A stretch of DNA of 64,000 nt from Leucoraja ocellata (taxonomy: Eukaryota). A program made the translations under genes and the position numbers. Below the pieces are notes generated by a model. It did no database searches. It had not been told where the DNA came from and worked only from the letters and a program-made list of their open reading frames with translations. The DNA lies in assembly GCA_036785375.1 (NCBI GenBank), contig JAWMAR010000023.1, positions 682,001-746,000 of the forward strand. Reading direction: 5' to 3'. Shown in pieces: positions 60,076 to 64,000 of the stretch. Every line of letters begins with the position of its first letter. Within the stretch, counting starts at the first letter, position 1.

Positions 60076-60380
60076 AGTGGCGCAGCGGTAGAGCAGCTGC
60101 TGCCTAACAGCACCAGAGACCGGGATTTGATCCCGACTACAGATGCTGTCTGTATGGAGTTTGTACGTTCTCACCGTGACCTGCGTGGGCTTTCTCCGGG
60201 ATCTCCAGTTTCCTCCCACTCTCCAAAGACGTACAGGTTTGTAGGTTAATTGGCTTAGTAAAACTGTGAATTGTCCCTGGTGTGAGTAGGATGGTGTTAG
60301 TGTGTGGGGATCGCAGGTCGGCACAGACTCGATGGGCAGAAGGGCCTGTTTCCGTGCTGTATCTCTTAACTAAACTAAAC
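60076..60380 (+). mobile_element. V-SINE (HE1-like)
   Basis: Full head, V-domain and tail. Confidence 0.88.
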
Positions 60381-63076
60381 AAGAAGTTGGCCCAGGACTT
60401 TAGGATGTTTTTTGGTCATACCTACATTTAGTTTACTGTGGCTCTGATAAATGGTTTGTAGTGAGAAAGTACTCAGAGCGGAGGAGAGGGTTTGAGGGTC
60501 CAACTGTGTGCTTGACATTGAGCGTTTTGTGAAGGGGTGCCACCTTTTCGCAGGTCTTCAAAGTCATGATATTGACGCACGGAGCCATGTGAAGTTATGC
60601 CCAAACCCATGACTTGCAATCTTATTCTCGGACCTCATCAACCTTTCGTGTGGTAACTGCAAGTCTGAGTGGGGCCTTTGTGCTCTATCTAACGCTGAGC
60701 TAAGCTCCAAACCCTCCCACCCATCCAAGAGAAAGACCCCTTGCTTTCCCCTTAGCTCAGGGTTAGGTGAGATACAAGGGTTTCACACAGGCTAGCAGTT
60801 ACCACACAAGAGGTTTGGGAGGTCCAAGAATAAGATTGCAATCATTGGTTTGGCCATAACTTCATACGATTCTGTGCGTCAACATCTGACTTTGAGAACT
60901 TAAGGGTGACATATGAATAGATTAATTCTCAAACTGTCTCTTACTCTGTTTCAATTCTCACTGCAATATATACATTTATAGACATATATGTGTGTGTGTA
61001 TATATGTATATACAAACACACTAAACTTTTTTTTTCTTGTTAATTATTGTATGGTGTTTACAGTGTACCATGTTAACCAATTCTGGTGCTGCTGCAGGTA
61101 AGAATTTCATTGTTCTATCTGGGGCATATGACAATAAAACACTCCTGACTCCCAAGCACCTAAACTTGTGCATAGGGAAGAGGGTAGGGCCGAAGATGTC
61201 CTGGTTGGGTTACTCATAGGCCTGGCCAAGCTGGCTATCCGCGAGTCACAGAGCCAGGCGGATGAGGGCTCTGCCCGAGCTGCCTGCCTGCCCCTTTTCC
61301 GGGGTTACTTCTGGTTTTAGAGAAGGACTACGTGCGGTCCACGGGGTCCATGGAGGGTTTCCAGGGCCGTTGGGCACCGTGGGGTGTGGAGTGTATCCTC
61401 AATAGGCATTGTAGCATAGATGTTTGAGAATGTAGTGTGTAGATAATTTGGTGATTTTGTACTATGGTGGTGGGTGTGTTACCATGGTTTTGTTTTGTAT
61501 TGTAATTAAATACGTTATTTTTGATACAAAAAAGAAGCACCCTAAACTCTTGGGGCAGATGATGTCCCAACAGCCCCCGCTCATTTTCAATTGGAGTTGC
61601 TCAGATCACAACAATGAGAATGGCCATCGATGAACAACGTAACATTTCCATCAATGACGTTTAAATGGAGGAATAAACATGGGTCAAGTTAACCGGGGAA
61701 TTGCCCGATTTGGAAATGTGTGAATAAATCAGAAGGATCCAAATCCATTGAAGTGATCACAGTGTTGCTAATTCGGCTAAACTGTGCATGAGCAGGTGGT
61801 GAATTATTCGCAAATCTGCTTCACAAATTAGCTGCCGGAACTGCCTCCTGTTGCAAACAGTTCCAAAATAGAGAGATTTTCAGACCTTGTCTGAGTACCA
61901 TCTCCATGTGTTGGAAGAGCTGCCACAATGGGTATCATATGCACCTCAATTGGTAGCAAGCTACTGTAAGTATTCGGTCCTCTCCATTCACTTGCATTCC
62001 CTCCGCTACTTTTACATCATGGCTGGAGGTCATGCCATCAGCTGCATGTATTATGGCAATGCTTCTCGAATGGCATCTCTCAAGTCCTCCATTTCTCCTG
62101 CCAGAAGGACAAACCTGACCTGCTTTTCGACAATGTTGTGGACTGGGACAATGGCACTCGTTGTTCTTTCATCGTCATAGGTTCATAAGTTATAGGAGCG
62201 GAATTACGAAATTAGGCCATTCGGCCCATCAAGTCTTCTCCGCCATTCAATCGTGGCTGATCTATCTTTCCCTCTCAACACCATTCTCCTGCCTTCCCTC
62301 ACTCATCAAAAATCTATCAATCTCCGCCTTAAACATATCCATTGACTTGGCCTCCATAGCCGTCTGTGGCAATGAGTTCCATAGATTCACCACTCTCTGA
62401 CCAAACAAATTCCTCCTCATCTCCTCTTTATAGGTACATCATCATTGGTCATGTCGCTCAGTCCATCTCACAGGCTAGACTCCCCACCTTTGAGACCATC
62501 TACACTTCATGCTGCCTTTGGAAAGCAAGCCGACATATTCAAAGATCTTTCCCACCCCAATTTTCCCTTCTTCTGCCCCCATCGGACAAATGTCACAGAA
62601 GCTTGAAAGTGTGCACCACCAAACTCAGCAGCAGCTTCGACCCCTCTATTCTCAGGCTTCTGAACAAAGTAAATCCTCTCTCTCTGCTTAGATTATGATT
62701 AGTTGCCAGAGTAGTAACACTTTATATCAGCAGTTCTCACCTCAGTCACTTTACAGCTATTGGTCATGACTATGACATTGCCTTCAGTGACTGGGGAACA
62801 GGTACAGGGGACAAGGATGATGAACCCTGTCACTATCTGGATAAATCAGCTGGTGCAACCCAACTGCTTGATCTCCCCAGCCATGCCAACTGCGCCCACT
62901 CCCAATGCTGACTCACCATTGGAAGGGATTTGGCACCAGGGGGATTGGCAAAGTTCACTGCAACCATAACAGTTCTCCGAGCTCACAGCTGATGGCACTG
63001 ATTCCACTCACGACAAAAACACAGCATTAGTTGACAAACTTTCAAACTGCATCCATTTACAATTACTTACCACACC

Positions 63077-63400
63077 GGGCGGTACGGCGGCGCAGTGGTA
63101 GAGTCGCTGCCTTACTTCGTCAGAGACCCAGGTTCGATCCCGACTACGAGTGCCTCCGCAACTTGCTTTGTCTGTATGGAGTTTGTACGTTCTCCCCATG
63201 ACCTGCTTGGGTTTTCTCCGGGTGCTCCGGTTTCCTCCCACACTCCAAAGACATACAGGTTTGTAGGCTAATTGGCTTGGTATAATTGTAAATTGTCCCT
63301 AGTGTGTCAGATAGTGCAGTGATCACGGTTGGCACAGACTCAGTGGGCCGAAGGGCCTGTTTCCATGCTGCTTTCTTCTCTAAAATAAACCTAAACTAAA
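63077..63400 (+). mobile_element. V-SINE (HE1-like)
   Basis: GGTTCGATCCC B box, V-domain and tail. Further copies lie at about 8170, 12700, 16125, 29112, 32615, 45545, 51558, 52828 and 63770. Confidence 0.88.
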
Positions 63401-64000
63401 TAGTCTTCACTTTTGAACAACCTGTCGGTCGGGAGAGCAAACGTTACAAACTGCACACACAATTAGCTAATTAATGCCTTTGTTAATTAATTAACTATTT
63501 AGAAATTAAGGCATTTCACAGTTGTAGGTGGCCTTCAGTCAAAGGATTCACTCTGCGACCACCTGAATCCCAGGTAATCTTGCCTGCCATATCACGATCA
63601 ACTTCTTTATTCTCCAAATAACCGTATCACTTTAACTGGGTGTTTTGGCAATAGTGACAATGTCATCCCGTTTTAGAAGACATTTGATGGTACCCAAGTG
63701 GTCCTCTTGTGAATATCGGGCTCTGTTCACTTACCTTAGCACACAGTCTGTTCATCAGTCTGTTTAATATAGTTTAGTTTACAGATACAGTGCAGAAATA
63801 AGCCTTCAGCCCACTGAGACCATACCGACCAGCACACGAGTTCTATCCTACACACTAGGACCAATTTACAGAACCAATGAACCTACAAACCTGCACGTCA
63901 TTGTGATGTGGGAGGAAACCGCAGCACCCGGAGGAAACCCTTGCGGTCACAGGGAGAACGTGCAAACCCCACACAGGCAGCACTCAAGGACAGAATTGAA

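Noticed and set aside
63735-63759. Perfect minus-strand donor AAG|GTAAGT as ALPL exon 1
   Set aside because: Isolated motif beside a SINE tail with no supporting promoter features; cannot be supported without transcripts.

Overview
Eukaryotic (vertebrate) genomic DNA, most likely an elasmobranch such as a skate or ray, judging from the abundant V-SINE/HE1-like tRNA SINEs and CR1, Rex1 and Penelope repeats. The main feature is a complete minus-strand alkaline phosphatase gene of the tissue-nonspecific type (ALPL-like). It has 11 coding exons from ATG 56719 to stop 28306 (58, 120, 116, 175, 176, 141, 70, 135, 192, 120 and 281 nt; 527 aa). All introns are GT-AG and the phases match the vertebrate ALPL pattern. 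The rest is mostly transposon-derived: about 20 V-SINEs; CR1, L1, L2 and Rex1 LINE fragments; Harbinger and hAT MITEs; and about 25 short Penelope-derived elements, many carrying a minimal hammerhead ribozyme motif and often inserted as fold-back palindromes with 10-17 bp target duplications. Leads worth checking: the hammerhead elements and their strand-biased decay inside ALPL; a Harbinger element upstream of exon 2 holding candidate promoter motifs and ATG|GT donors in frame with ALPL; a possible unannotated small spliced gene or pseudogene at 2176-8534; and substitutions at normally conserved ALPL positions. Repeat boundaries and family names were assigned by eye and are approximate.
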